Positions 40,324 through 53,696 of a stretch of 64,000 nt of DNA are shown one piece after another; positions within the stretch are counted from its first letter, which is position 1; the number at the start of each line of letters is the position of its first letter. Both the position numbers and the translations under genes were made by a program. Under the pieces are notes generated by a model. It was not told the origin of the DNA, did not search any database, and saw only the letters and a list, made by a program, of their open reading frames with translations. Location of the stretch: NCBI GenBank assembly GCA_951406725.2, contig OX597818.1:71238001-71302000 (forward strand), written 5' to 3'. The DNA comes from Octopus vulgaris (lineage: Eukaryota).

Positions 40324-42019
40324 CTATTAGATAAGAAGTTACTTGTTAATAATACAAATATCTATCCAACATATCATATCTCAATTTGTCACAAGTTACT
40401 TATCTCCTTTATGAAGTTTTAGCACCCTATGATCAGCATTCACTCATTCTACTGTTGTATTTATAAGTTTTCATCTTCTGCAGATTCCATCCACTTTGAT
40501 CACCTGGAATTTCTTTACTCCAATTGGCATCCTCCATACACACGAGCAAAGTCTTCTCTACATTCACAATACCTTCAATTTCTCTAATACCCAATTTTTC
40601 TCTCAGTTCATTTCTGCTCCATCATTCATGGACACTAACATTAAATATAGAGTGGAGCATGGTAGGTCTTCATTTCTTTCCAAACTTAGAACATCCTTCA
40701 TATTTAATATGTATTTAGACATTGAGCAGCATTACATTCCATTTGAATTGATATAAAAGTTTGTAGTCGATGAGGGTATCATGTACCAACACTTCACTAT
40801 ATATCATTGCAGATCTCCATTACTTTCTCTTGCAGTTGGTTCCCATTATAGCACTTAGGAAATTCATTCATCTTTGCTTGTCCAGCACTGTCCATTGAGA
40901 AATTATCCTGTGTTTAGTTAGAGGTGTAGTTATGTTGAGAATTTTACCTTAGGTGCAGGCATGGCTGTGTAGTAAGAAGTTTGCCTCCCACTGCATGGCA
41001 CCTTGGACAGGCATCATAATTTAGGCCCCAGCTAACCAAAGCTTTGTGAGTGGATTTGGTAGATGGAAACTGAAAAAGCTCATCATATATGCATGTGTGT
41101 GTGTGTACGGTTTGCACATCCCATGCTACACTCCTGCTCTTCATACCTTAGCTGTTGCGCCTCTAAGCAGACATTTCAGAAATGTCTTAGCAAGAAGCCC
41201 AATACTGCATGTTTTGTGGCTGCCCTAAAGAATTTGTTTTTTGCATGTGTAATTTGGGAGATCACTTTCCTAATGTATCTATTTTTCACAGCAATGCCAT
41301 CACAATAACTGGGAATAACAACAATATCCTTTATTTCCTCATATTCAACCAAATTTATTGCTAAATTCCAATTCCTACCATTGCTTCTAAATTTTAATCA
41401 TGGTTCAGATTAGGGTTACCCTTAATTATCCTTAATCTCTAATTACTGATTATCACTAAAAGTATTTTCATTTTTGCAGTAACATTTTTTACCACTAAAA
41501 ACACCATCCGAGTATGGCCGATGCCAGTGCCACGTGACTGGCTCACATGCTGGTGGCACATAAAAAGCACCCACTACACTCTCAGAGTTGTTGGCATTAG
41601 GAAGGGCATCCAGCCATAGAAACATATGCGAAATCCGATTGGAGCCAGGTGCAGCCTCCTGACTTGCAAGTTCTCAGTGAAACCATCCAACCCATGCCAG
41701 CATAGAAAGCAGACATTAAATGATGATGATGATGATGATGATAAACTTTGTTTGGATGACAGACTTTGTGTGGTTTAAACTCAATTATAAGTAATGTTAT
41801 TGATAATATATTTTAAGAATAAACTGTAGAATCATGTTATGTTATAGACACTTAATCTCACTTATAAGAAATGAAACATTTTAAAATTACTAGAGACAGT
41901 AATTTTGTCTCTAACAATGAGGCTAAAAGTCTGAAAAATGATTATCATATCATTAACCTACAAATGTTAGATACTTAAATATAATGAAATGTAAAGATTT
42001 AGCAAGGTGCAGTGTCAAT

Positions 42020-43112
42020 GACAATACATTAGTTTCTAAAGTGTTCGATTCTGTAGATAGGTACAAGATGTTTGAAATCCTTAAGCTCTATGGGATACCA
42101 GACAAAATCATTTCTGCCATCAAGGTCCTCTACTCAGATACGTCTTCAACCATCTTAACCCCTGACGGAGAAACATCATCTTTCTCAATCAAAGCCGGAA
42201 TACTGCAGGGAGACACTCGCCCCATTTCTTTTCATCATTGTTGTTGATTATGTGCTACGTATGTCAGTTGATACCATCTCTGGCAAGGGCTTTGAAATAA
42301 AACCAAGAAGTTCCAGACACCCAGCTGAGTACTTGACAGACACTGACTTTGCTGACAACATCGCTCTTATCAGTGATTCTCTCTCCAATGCCCAGTCTCT
42401 TTCACAATCTCTTGAACAAGCCTCAAATTGTGTAGGTCTTTACCTCAATGAGGCCAAAACTGAATACATAAACAAGTGCCTGTCCAACAGTGATTGCATC
42501 TTCCATACTCTCAACAATGCACCCTTAAATATGGTTTCTGATTATAAATATCTTGGGTCATACATATCATCATCTGGAAAAGACTTTCTAACTAGAAAGG
42601 GTATGGCCTGGTCAGCCTGTAATGACATGCATAAGATCTGGTCATCAAATCTAAGTAGAGACTTCAAACTTGAAATCTTCAAAGCCACAGTCGAACCAAT
42701 TCTACTATATGGCTCAGAAACCTGGACATTATCAAAGTAGCTTGAGAGGCAGTTGGATGGAACCTACACTCGCCTCCTTATGAGAGCTCAAAATCTCTCG
42801 TGGAAGCGCCATCCAACCAAAATGCAAATATATGGGAAACTACCACCTGTGTCATCTCTTGTGAAAGTTAGGAGAGTCCAGTTTGCTGGACATTGTTGTA
42901 GAGCTGAAAAAGAAGTAATTTCTACTCTTCTCCTCTGGAAGCCATCTACTCGCAATACCAGAGGGCGCACACTCTCCTACCCTGATGTAATCTCCAGGGA
43001 TACAGGCATCCAGCAACAGGACCTCCGTAATGCCATGATGGACCGTGAAGTCTGGCGTAGCATGGTAAATTCCATTGTCTCAACCACGGTCGAACAATAA
43101 TAATATAATAAT
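42020..43112 (+). mobile_element. 5'-truncated RTE/RTE-X-like LINE with (TAA)n tail
   Basis: GILQGDT, DFAD, YKYLGS, LLYGSETW, FAGHCCR. Confidence 0.9.
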
Positions 43113-44183
43113 AGTTCTAGATAATTATTAATTTGCAAGACAAAGACACCAATTATAATTGCTTGTTTTGTCTTGCAATTTATTTCACGACCCTGTTGTT
43201 GATGGTGCTATGTAAAAAGCAATTGAGCTTGTTTCACAGAAAAAGCATTGGTGTTGGTGCCACGTAAAAAAAGCCAATACACTCTGCAAAGTGGTTTGTA
43301 TTAGAAAGAGCACACAGCTTTAAAAACCAAGCCAAAATAGATGACTGAAATTTGGTGCAGCTCTCCAACTTGCCAGCTCCTGTCAAACCATCCCATCTAT
43401 ATAAGCATGGAAAACAGATGTTAAATTATGATGACGATGAATTGATGATATGTTTAAATCTATGTGATGGTGTGAGTGTAATGTATATTTACTCTCCTTG
43501 CTCAACAAAATTACATAACTTTCTAATTGTCCAACTTTCCACACTAAACAGGAATTGAAAAATGGATATATGACAGTAGTTTAGGTCATTTTTGTTTCTT
43601 TTTCTTTTTGTTTGTTACTTGCTGAGGTAGGAGGAAGAGGCAGTACCTATATATCCCACATCCCAAGGTAATTCTCCAAATAAAGAAAAACACAAAAAGT
43701 TATAGGGAAAACTGGTTATGTGGAATGTTGACAAAGCTCAATGCACTTCTGGGTTAGAATTTTATACATTTTTGCAACATACCAATTAAAGAATTGTTTA
43801 TATATTACCAAAAATGGTAACATTGAATTATTTCAGTCAGATTTTCCCCCACTACTATTGTTATCCCATGAAAATAACCTCATTTCAAGATTTAACTGTA
43901 TGTTACTAATACCAAAGAGAAATAACATTACTTTGCACACAATCCTTGGAATAGACCTGTTTCATATTCTTACTTTTTTGGTTGGTTTTTATTTAAAATT
44001 TTTTGAACACGTCAGTTGTTTTTTCCTACATCACTTCGTGTGGAGTAGAAAGATATCACTGATGGCTCTTCTTTTGGACATTGAGCCAAATGAAACGGAA
44101 GTTTGTGAAAAGCCAAAACAATGACTGTTTTAGATGAAAGCCTATTTAAACACATTTTGAATACATTAAAAAATATAACTTAC

Positions 44184-44392
44184 TTCAGAAGGGAGAATTT
44201 TGTTTCCATTATAGACTATAGTGGTAAATTCTTCATCATAATCATAAAAAACATTCAGTACTGGTTGAGGGTAGAAATGAGCATTATCAAAAAGATCACG
44301 ATATATACCATAATGTTTGATAATCCTATGTACATTATTTGGCCATTGCTCTTTTATTGATTCTTCTTTCACTTTCTCAGGATCAATTTCCA
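44184..44392 (-). CDS. MRPL38: MRPL38 exon 3
   Basis: LEIDPEKVKEE...HYGIYRDLFDNAHFYPQPVLNV...VYNGNKILPSE; TTTTAG/GTAAGT boundaries. Confidence 0.94.
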
Positions 44393-44985
44393 CTAAAATA
44401 GATGATAAATAATTAAATACAATATTAAACAACATTTGTGCAACTAAAATTTAAAAAGAAAAAAGAGCTATCTGAAGATGATATTACATTTAAAAAAATG
44501 GTGAGGTTAGATTTATAAATATAAGAGTTCATACATGAAATGACATAAGGTTGAAAACAGAAGAATAGATTGTAATATAGACCTGTTCAATTATACAATC
44601 ATGAGGAAAAATTTACAAAATGTTGATTGAAATGATGGAAATAAAACAAAGTTAATGATCAAAATATGTATTCTTTATTCAAACGTAAGATGTTGGGAAA
44701 GGTTCTTATTGAAATAAATATTAACATGATTATCATGTAAAAGAAAAGTTAGTTAGAAGCTGTTGAGTTGATACCATCATGTCAGGCACATCCTACTACA
44801 TTATAAATGCTTGCACTATAAGATAGTGTAGAGGACTATTAGAATAGCGAAATGAAATCTAGAATATTCATTAACTACTGTTAAAATATATTTGTTACAA
44901 GTAGCAGATGGAAATGGACCTTTAAAATCTAAATTAATTCTCTCTACTGAAGGATCTTTTCCCTCAGCTTGTTACTTTATATACG

Positions 44986-45016
<31 letters not shown>

Positions 45017-45224
45017 AAATGGAAAGATGAATTATCTTGTTACGGATTATTCAAAAGTTTAACCGATACCTGGGTAGCAAAAATCACAGCAGAAAAAACA
45101 CGGTTGGAGATATGACCATATGGTGTAGCAACCGTGCATTGGCGCGGATAATTAATGTTTAATATAATTAGTGAATGGAAGAAATGGAGTTGAACGAAGA
45201 TTGTACAGAATTCTTTTTATTACA

Positions 45225-45304
45225 TTCTACACATGTTTCAAAGGCCACAATTTTCCAAATTCTGATTAAATAAGGATACCATATTGCAGCTTTCTCTTCA
45301 GGAA
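45225..45304 (-). ncRNA. Hammerhead motif, left arm of fold-back
   Basis: Mirror of 46565-46644. Confidence 0.6.
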
Positions 45305-46564
45305 AAACCAGGAATTACGTTGTCAGAACAAAACAAAACAAAAGCGCAGCAAAGCAATTCGAACGAGAACGCTCCTTAAGAGCCCATGGGTAAAATGTTT
45401 ATCAATGTACGTTGAAATCGGGGGGTTGGTGGGGGCCGACAAAAAGGTCCGTTGGAATAAATCAAGGTCAGGCCGCAGTCAAATCTAGTAGGTGAGGAAT
45501 TAATGAGAACAAGGGGTGTGGAGATGTTCTGTGTGACCAAAGCTAATGTTCTGAATATTTTAAGAATTCAGGGTGTATTTTTTGGGTGCGAGGCAATACC
45601 TACCTAAAAGCATGTGTGTGTATACTAGCCAATGTGTGCGCTGCCGTATGTTGGCGAGGGGCGCTAGATAATGAGCACTGCTGAAATAATTCTGTGTTCG
45701 TGTGTCCGTCTGTGGCCTGCTTGTCTAAAAATTATCCTCGTCAAAGAATCAGGGGGGTATATAATTCCGGCGCCTGCTTCTAAAAAACCGACCAATCGCC
45801 TAATGGGAGTAATTTCCCCTTGCAAGAGTTATTCAGAGATTTTTTAAAAAGTTTTTTCCAAAAATTATTTTCATTTTAATAGGGTATCAAGGTGTTAATT
45901 GTCTTAGGTATCATTTATATGTAAGAAACGTATGACGCCGCCAATGGGGACATCGAAAAGCAGACTGTAAAAGCCCGTTTACCAAACGGCCTCTGGCGAA
46001 CAATATGTGGAAAAGCTCAGAGTTACAAAGATTACATATCCTTCTGCCTCTATCAAACGGGAGGGCCACCGACAAAATTGACCATTCCAGCCTAAAAACT
46101 GAATTCGCGAATTCAGTTTTTAGGCTGGAATGGTCAATTTTGTCGGTGGCCCTCCCGTTTGATAGAGGCAGAAGGATATGTAATCTTTGTAACTCTGAGC
46201 TTTTCCACATATTGTTCGCCAGAATTATTTCAGCCGCCTGACAGGCTTTTTTCAGCAGTGCTCATTATCTAGCGCCCCTCGCCAACATACGGCGGCGCAC
46301 ACATAGGTTAGTATACACACACATGCTTTTAGGTAGGTATTGATTCGCACCCAAAAAATACACCCTAAATTCTTAAAATATTCAGAACATTAGCTTTGGT
46401 CACACAGAACATCTCCACACCCCTTGTTCTCATTAATTCCTCACCTACTAGATTTGACTGCGGCCTGACCTTGATTTATTCCAACGGACCTTTTTGTCGG
46501 CCTCGTTCGAATTGCTTTGCTGCGCTTTTGTTTTGTTTTGTTCTGACAACGTAATTCCTGGTTT

Positions 46565-46644
46565 TTCCTGAAGAGAAAGCTGCAATATGGTATCCTTATT
46601 TAATCAGAATTTGGAAAATTGTGGCCTTTGAAACATGTGTAGAA
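46565..46644 (+). ncRNA. Hammerhead motif with extended stem II, right arm of fold-back
   Basis: TTC-CTGAAGA-GAAAGCTGCAAT...ATTGTGGCCTTT-GAAAC-ATGT-GTA-GAA. Confidence 0.6.
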
Positions 46645-46698
46645 TGTAATAAAAGGAATTCTGTACAATCTTCGTTCAACTCCATTTCTTCCATTCAC

Positions 46699-46740
<42 letters not shown>

Positions 46741-46757
46741 TTTTTAAAATATAAGTT

Positions 46758-47232
46758 TATGAAAGAATGGAGTTGAACGACAAATTAACAAATTTCCTTT
46801 ATTTTCGACATATGTTTCGAAGGCTGCATATTCCTAATTCCGAAGGAATAAGGAGTACATTATGCAGATTACTCATTATCACCATGGGCTCCTTGAGAGC
46901 AGTCAGTTAAAAGTTTTTCGTGCATTTTGATGTCGACATGAGTTCCTTGCCTTTCCTGGTGAGAAATCTGCATAATGTACTCCTTATTCCTTCGGAATTA
47001 GGAATATGCAGCCTTCGAAACATATGTCGAAAATAAAGGAAATTTGTTAACAAGTCGTTCAACTCCATTCTTTCATATACTTATAATTTTAAAATAAACA
47101 TACAAATTTCCGCACGAAAGCACGTAGTCTATGCCCTAGGGACGTAACTTCAACCGTGTTCTTTCTGATGTGAATTTGCTACCCAGGTATCGGTTATCTT
47201 TCGAATTATCCTTAATAAGATAATTCATTCAA
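46758..47232 (+). mobile_element. Second copy of the palindromic PLE derivative (HHR 46952-47032, core CTGGTGA)
   Basis: Near-identical to 555-1025, including the inversion junction. Confidence 0.8.
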
Positions 47233-47260
47233 ATATATATATATATATATATATATATAG

Positions 47261-47445
47261 TTGGAATTTACAAAAAACAAAAGATGAAGACAGGTGTGTA
47301 AACAACAAACAGGTGTATTAGTTTCACGCTAAGAAAGATGAGAAAATCTTTTGTTTCAAGCCTACGCTCTTCAACAGAAAGGAAATGAGAAAATAAACAG
47401 AAAGAGAATAAAAAAGAAATCTTTAGTAGCTAGTAATCAATCATG
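47261..47445 (-). mobile_element. Short repeat with degenerate minimal hammerhead (CTGTTGA core), probably PLE-derived
   Basis: Reverse strand CTTT-CTGTTGA-A-GAGC-GTAG-GCTT-GAAAC-A-AAAG at 47348-47381; partial inverted copy at about 53490-53555. Confidence 0.5.
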
Positions 47446-47446
47446 G

Positions 47447-47487
<41 letters not shown>

Positions 47488-47489
<2 letters not shown>

Positions 47490-48392
47490 ATCATCATCAT
47501 CACATTTTAACGTCTGGCATAGGTTGGACGGTTCGACTGGACTGGGGTCTGGGAAGCCAGGAGGCTGCACCAGGCTCCAATCTGATCTGGCAGTGTTTTT
47601 ACAGCTGTATGCCCTTCCCAGTGCCAACCACTTCAAGAGTGTAGTAGGTGCTTTTTACGTGCCACCAGCACAGGGGCCAGGGGAGCTGGCATTGGCCACG
47701 ATCGGATAGTGCTATTTATGTGTCACCGGTACAGAAGCCAGTCAAGGCGGCACTGGCATCGGCCACATTTGGATGGTGCTTGTTACTTTCCACTACAATT
47801 TCCATTTGATTGTACACAACTACAATTTCCATTTGATTGTAATTTGATTTGATGTTGATGTACTTGACTCAATAGGTCTCCCCAAGCATGGCATGTTGCC
47901 CTACAATCCAAGGTACTTTTGAGTGGGCTGGTTATGTGACACTGGTGTGGTTACAGCTGTGAACTCACTTTATTTGCCAGGTCTTCTCAGTCACAGCATA
48001 CCTCCAGAGGTCTTGGTCTTTTGTCATTGCCTCTGTGAGACCCAACGTTTGAAGGTCATGCTTCACCACCTTATCCCATGTCTTCCTGGGTCTCCCTCTA
48101 TCCCAGATTCCTTCAACAGTTTGGGAGTGGCACTTCTTCAGTTCTCGTCCATCAACAGTACATGACCATACCAATGCAAACGTCTCTCTTTCACGCCACA
48201 TCTGATGCTTCTTATGTCTAACATTTCTCTCAGAGCGCTCACACTGTGTGCACACTGACATTACACATCCTGCAGATCATGCTAGCTTTATTTCTTTTAA
48301 GCCTACGCATGTCTTCAGCAGTCACGGCACATGTTTCACTGCTGTGAAGCATGGCAGTATGCACACATGCATCATACAATCTACCTTTCACT
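47488..48392 (-). mobile_element. RTE LINE 3' fragment
   Basis: RGRPRKTWDKVVKHDLQTLGLTEAM; (CAT)n tail. Confidence 0.85.
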
Positions 48393-48459
48393 TTTGTACG
48401 ATGCAGTGCTGTTCAGTTCGAAGAATGGTAAAGCTGTAAATTCCAAAATTGGGAGATAA

Positions 48460-51030
48460 AACCCTCAAAGACCTTGCAAATATATATCACCACATATCTT
48501 TCTCATCTTCTCTCCAGGGAATAGAGACTAAACTCCCAGTAGCCTATCTTTTGCATTTAGTCAATCTTCCTTGTGTATTGGTGCTGGATTACTTCGAGTT
48601 CCACAGTTTGTTTCACATTCTCTGGGGACCACAGTTAGGAGCAGTAGTCCAAGTGGCTGAGAATGAATGTCTTCTATAGGGGTAGCAGGGCTTCCCTTTT
48701 CCTAGTTCTGAATGTCCTCAGAATCCAGCCAGCCACTCGCCTGCACAGTGTTGGCATCTTGGTAACATGCACATGGGATGTTGCATCATTGCTCATGTGA
48801 ACCCCCAGGTCACACACCGACTCTGACTCTGGAATCATATTACCTTCTAGATCAGTGTATTCCGATTTTAGCCTGGTGTTGGACCGATAGTGGAGTGCCT
48901 GAAATTTCATAGCATTGAACTGCATGTTATTTTATTGAGGTCTTTCTGCAGTTTTATGATGTCCTCTGCCTGCAATACTTTTGTGTTGTCAGCATAACCG
49001 GTCAGATTGGCTGACTGTACCACGGAGGGCATGTCTGAGAGGGCCACCACAAATAGTAGTGGGACTCCGCTGAGAATTGGTCAGAGTGAGCACCATTGGC
49101 TACAACTGTCTGACTCCTGCCCTTCGGAAAATCATACAAGCCACTCTCCCAGTTTCCCGTTAATACTAAGGTTTTGCAGCTTGTGACTTATCGTGCCATG
49201 ATCAACTTTGTCAAAAGCATTGGCAAAGTCGAGATATATCACGTCTACAGCTGACTGGTTTAGTTGTTGCTTCAGTACCCAGTCAAAGTGCTGCTGCAAC
49301 TGTGTGAGGCAGCACCTCCCTGGATGGAAGCCATGCTGCATTTTTTGTGAGAAGGTTGTTTTCTTCTAGGAATGTGATCAGCCCTTTTCTGACAATGCGT
49401 TCCATTGTGTTGCTAACATGTGAGGTCAAAGAGATGCGCCTGTAGTTTCTAGCATCTGCTCTGCTCCCTCTTTTGGGGACAGGGCATATTATACCTTCTT
49501 TTAGCATGTTGGGAAGTTTGCCACATGCAAGGAAACTCTGAAAGAGTATCTGCTGTGGCTTTGCAATATCCTGTTAATATGTCTTTAAGAGAACAGCTGG
49601 GAATCCATCTGGGCCTGTCGCTGAGTTTGATCTCATCTAATCAATGGCCGATATTACATCCTCTTCTGTTATGTTGATGCAATTGATGGTTGCCTCTTTT
49701 CCGAATAGATTCATTAGATTGAAAAACTCCTTCGGCTTGTTTATTTGCATATTTTCCAGTAGAGAAGTGAAAATACTTCAGAATTGTTTATTTAGTGCTT
49801 CATTTATCTTCCCCGGGTCTGCAGTTAGTGAGTTGTTTTTACCAAATAGTGGCCCTATCTTATAGCGTACTGAGGCAGACTCCTTTGCTAATGTTTAGAA
49901 GGCTTTAGGGTTTCTTTTTATATTTTTGACTGCCTAGGTTTTTCTCTTTCTTTTGCATTGGAGATTTTGAGTTTATTCTCTATCTTGAAGAGTTTCTCCA
50001 TTAGGTGGGATTTCACACTGTCATTAAGATGTTTGTTTAAACGATTCAAAGTCTTTATTCTCTGCCACATGAGTGTTCTCCTGTCTCTGGGAATGATGTG
50101 TTTGTGTGTATTGGCACCCTTCTTTGGGACATAATGTATATTGACATTATTGACATGAATTTATTGCTTCATATCTATGTTTTGCATAGGGAGGCTTTTA
50201 GGCCAGTCCTGCAGGAGTATCTGTCTTTCAAGTGACGTCTAGTCAGCCTTATAGAAATTTAGGCTGGATAGGGTTTCAGCGTCATCTGTGCAGAGTTTAT
50301 CTTTAGTTAATTCCAGGCCATACATTGTCAGTCTATTATGTTATGGTCTGAGAAAATTGTCGGTAATATACTTACATTGTGGATAATTTCCGCATTGTTT
50401 GTAAAACAGAGGTCCAGGATGTTTGGGGAGAGTATGATCCACTCCATGAATATCATTTTCATAAGATCAAGTAGGGTTATTTTGCTCTCAGGCCACCTGA
50501 TGTTGAGGAAGCTGGAGTCACCTATCAGGAACATAGTAGTACATTGATCCAGTTCTGTTAGTACTTCCTTTATCGCACTGAGTCTTTCCTCAAATTTTCC
50601 ATGGGCATCAGGCGGGTGATATAGTGTGCATATCACTATATCAAATTGCTTTAGATGTACTGTGAGTGTCTCATCTCATATATATATTGCAACTCCATCA
50701 TGACTTCTTTTTCTTCTGCCTATACGGAAGATAATATACAATGGCATGTGTATCTCCACATCACCTATGTCTGCAGATAGATGTGGTTCTGTAAGTGCAA
50801 TGCTTGTAGCTTGATTACATGCAGAAAGATTATTCAGGTGCTCAATTTTGCATTTGCTGTTGTTCTGCAGCAGGCTTCTTATATTCATTAGTAGAAATTG
50901 CGCTGATGTTGATGTGTTGGGTGGTTTGGTGGTTAACCGGGGTCCATCAATTGTGGCAGTCTTGTATGCAAGGGTACATAGCTCAGCTTTGTCTGTTGCC
51001 ATGACAACCATTGCACTATTTCCTGTGCCA
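48460..51030 (-). mobile_element. Degenerate CR1/L2-like LINE
   Basis: MNIRSL, LTEPHL, ILDLCFTN, SDHNII, NYRRISLTS, QHGF, YLDFANAFDKVDH, MQFNAMKF. Confidence 0.88.
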
Positions 51031-51599
51031 CACTTAAAAAATGTTGGTCAGCTGCTGCACCTGCAAATGACTTCTGGGTGGCCTCTTTTTTTTTGCAGGT
51101 TTGTGACTAGATATAGATTTTTCTAAGTGTGGTTGTTTCCTTTGTTGGGTGACTGGTGGATTTTGCTCAAGTGCTGGGTGCATGCGCAAAGTGGCAGTTT
51201 CTCCCACTCTCTCTATGCCAGCAGACACACACAAACATATATATATATGTATGTATATTATGTATATATATACACACACACATATACATACATATGTGTA
51301 TGTATATGTGTATATGGATATATATTAAATGTCATCATCGTTTAATGTCTGTTTTCCATGCTAGCAGAGGCCAGAGGAGGCTGGTGAACAGCCATGATCA
51401 GTTGGTGCTTTTTACGTGTCACTGATACGGACGCCAGTCAGGCAGCACTGGCATCGGCCACGTTCTAGGAAGGGCATCCAGCTGTAGAAACACTGCCAGA
51501 TCAGACTGGAGCCTGGTGCAACCTCCTGGCTTCCCAGACACCAGTCAAACTGTCCAACCCATGCTAGCATGGAAAACAGACGTTAAACGATGATGATGA

Positions 51600-52548
51600 T
51601 CATCATCATTGTTGTCATTTCAATGCTGGCATGGGTTGGATGGTCTCACTGAGAGCTGGCAAGCCAGAAGGCTGCACTAGCCTCCAATCCAATCTGGTAG
51701 AGTTTCTACAGCCGGATGCCCTTCATGATGCCAACCACTCCGATAGTGTAGTGGGTGCTTTTTATGCACCACAGGCACAGGAGCCAGTCAGGCAGCACTG
51801 GCATTTACCACACTCGAATGCTGCTCTTTACGTGCCACTGGTATGGGTGCCAATCAGGCGGTACTGTCATCAGCTGCGACAACAATTTCACTTGCCTTAA
51901 CAGGTCTTCACAAGCGCAGTTTATTGCCCAATTATTGAAGGGTACTCTTAAATGGGCTGGTTATGCTGCACTGGCATATGCCATGGTTATGGTCTCACTT
52001 GGCTTGCCAGGTTTTCTCAAGCACAACATATCTCTAAAAGTCTCAGTCACTTGTCATCGCTTTGGTGAGGCCCAACGTTCGAAGGTTATGCTTTATCACC
52101 TCATCCCAGGTTTTCCTGTGTCTACCTCTTCCACAGGTTCACTTTACTGCTAGGGTGTGACACATTTTCACACAGCTGTCCTCATCCATATGCAACACAT
52201 GACCATAACAGCACAGTCATCTCTCTTGCACACCACATCTTCTTAAGTCCAACTTTTTTCTCAGGGCGCTTACACTCTGTTGTGTATGCACACTGACATT
52301 ACACATCTAGCAGAGCATAATGGCTTCATTCTTTGCAAGCTTACGCATGTCCTCAGCAGTCATGGCCCATGTTTCACTGCCATGTAGCATCATCTAGTCT
52401 AACTTCTACTCTGAGTGAGAGGCCCTTTGTCACCAGCAGTGGTAAGAGCTCTCTGAACTTTGCCTAGGCTATTCTTATTCTAGCAGCTACACTCAGAGCA
52501 TACACTCCCACTACTGATTTAGTCACCTAGGTAATGGAAACTATCACA
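51600..52548 (-). mobile_element. RTE LINE 3' fragment
   Basis: Homologous to 28940-30100. Confidence 0.85.
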
Positions 52549-52549
52549 T

Positions 52550-53487
52550 CCCAGCCGAGCTGCAGCAATTTTTGTCTGGTTCCCAAAGAAACATGCAGTT
52601 TTGCATTATCATATTAGGAAACAACACCCTTCCTGTTGGTCAATTCTGGACGTTTCTCTGCAATTGCTGCTTTTAACTCGTCCAGTTGTATGTAGTATTT
52701 CTCAGAATTGTCAGGTTACTTGTGAGAAGCTTATAGTACATAATTCCTTTCCAATGCCACCAGACACAAAGCAAGAGTTTTTAGAGCGAAGACCCGCTTT
52801 TGGGGTGGCTCATGTCGCTTACTCCAGGATCGCTTTCTCTGAACATTTTGGTAAATAATCCATTTCTCATCACCTGTCACAATTTGCTTTAAAAAAGGTG
52901 TGTTTTCATTCCGTTTATAAAGCAAATCACAAATGGAAATGCGATCCAAAAGGTTCTTCTCACTCAACTCATGTGGTAGCCAAACATTGTAGCGATTTGT
53001 GTACCCAAACTTTACCAGGTGCTCATGAATGACGGATTTTGATAGGCTGAGGCTTTCTGCCAATTCTCGCATTGTGCAATGTAGGTTATTCTCAATTAAT
53101 GACTTGATTTGGTCATCATCTGTAGTGGATGTTCTGCCTGATATCTCTTTATCAATAAGGCTACAATCTCCAGCTCGGAACCTTGCAAACCACTTCCGTA
53201 GAGTTCTTTCGGATAAAGAAACATCACAGTAAACTGTGCATATTTCTTTGGTTGCTTGTGAGGCATTTTTCTCTTTTCGGAAAAAGAAAAGCATCTTCTA
53301 TTTTAAAGGGTTACAAAATTGACACAGGTTATAGGAACATAAACCTTTGCACACGAAAAGATAGCTTAAACTGTGCTCTAAATGGACGTGTAGTCAAATC
53401 CTATTTTATGGTCTCAATCATGTTCTAAAATAAGTCGAAAGGTAAGCTACTATAATTCGGCAAGAACTTTCCAGACAACCCAATAAT
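52550..53487 (-). mobile_element. Degenerate mariner transposon
   Basis: ORF 52731-53294: ERTLRKWFARFRAGD, WLPHELSEK, IVTGDEKWI. Confidence 0.88.
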
Positions 53488-53696
53488 ATATCTGTTTGTT
53501 GTTTACACACCCATCTTTGTCTATCGTATTTTTTTTTTTTTGTAAATTCTCACTATATATATGTATACATATATCCCGTCAATGGGGGATCTTAGTACAC
53601 ACAGTATTAAAGCATGATATATATGTAACATATGGTATATGCTATACCACTTGGTATTATTGTAAACAATAATGTCCTTATATATATATAAGGCCT

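Larger units (their letters stand above)
45011..46707. mobile_element. Penelope-like element 3' portion arranged as a fold-back inverted repeat
   Basis: WSILSVALPFDRGRRICNLCNSELFHIL...CPH resembles a PLE GIY-YIG C-terminus; perfect palindrome 45992-46223; outer arms 45162-45694 / 46220-46707; inserted in (AT)n. Confidence 0.8.

Noticed and set aside
46005-46241. Two ORFs with identical N-termini on opposite strands
   Set aside because: Consequence of the perfect palindrome; only the C-terminal part reflects a real PLE-like frame
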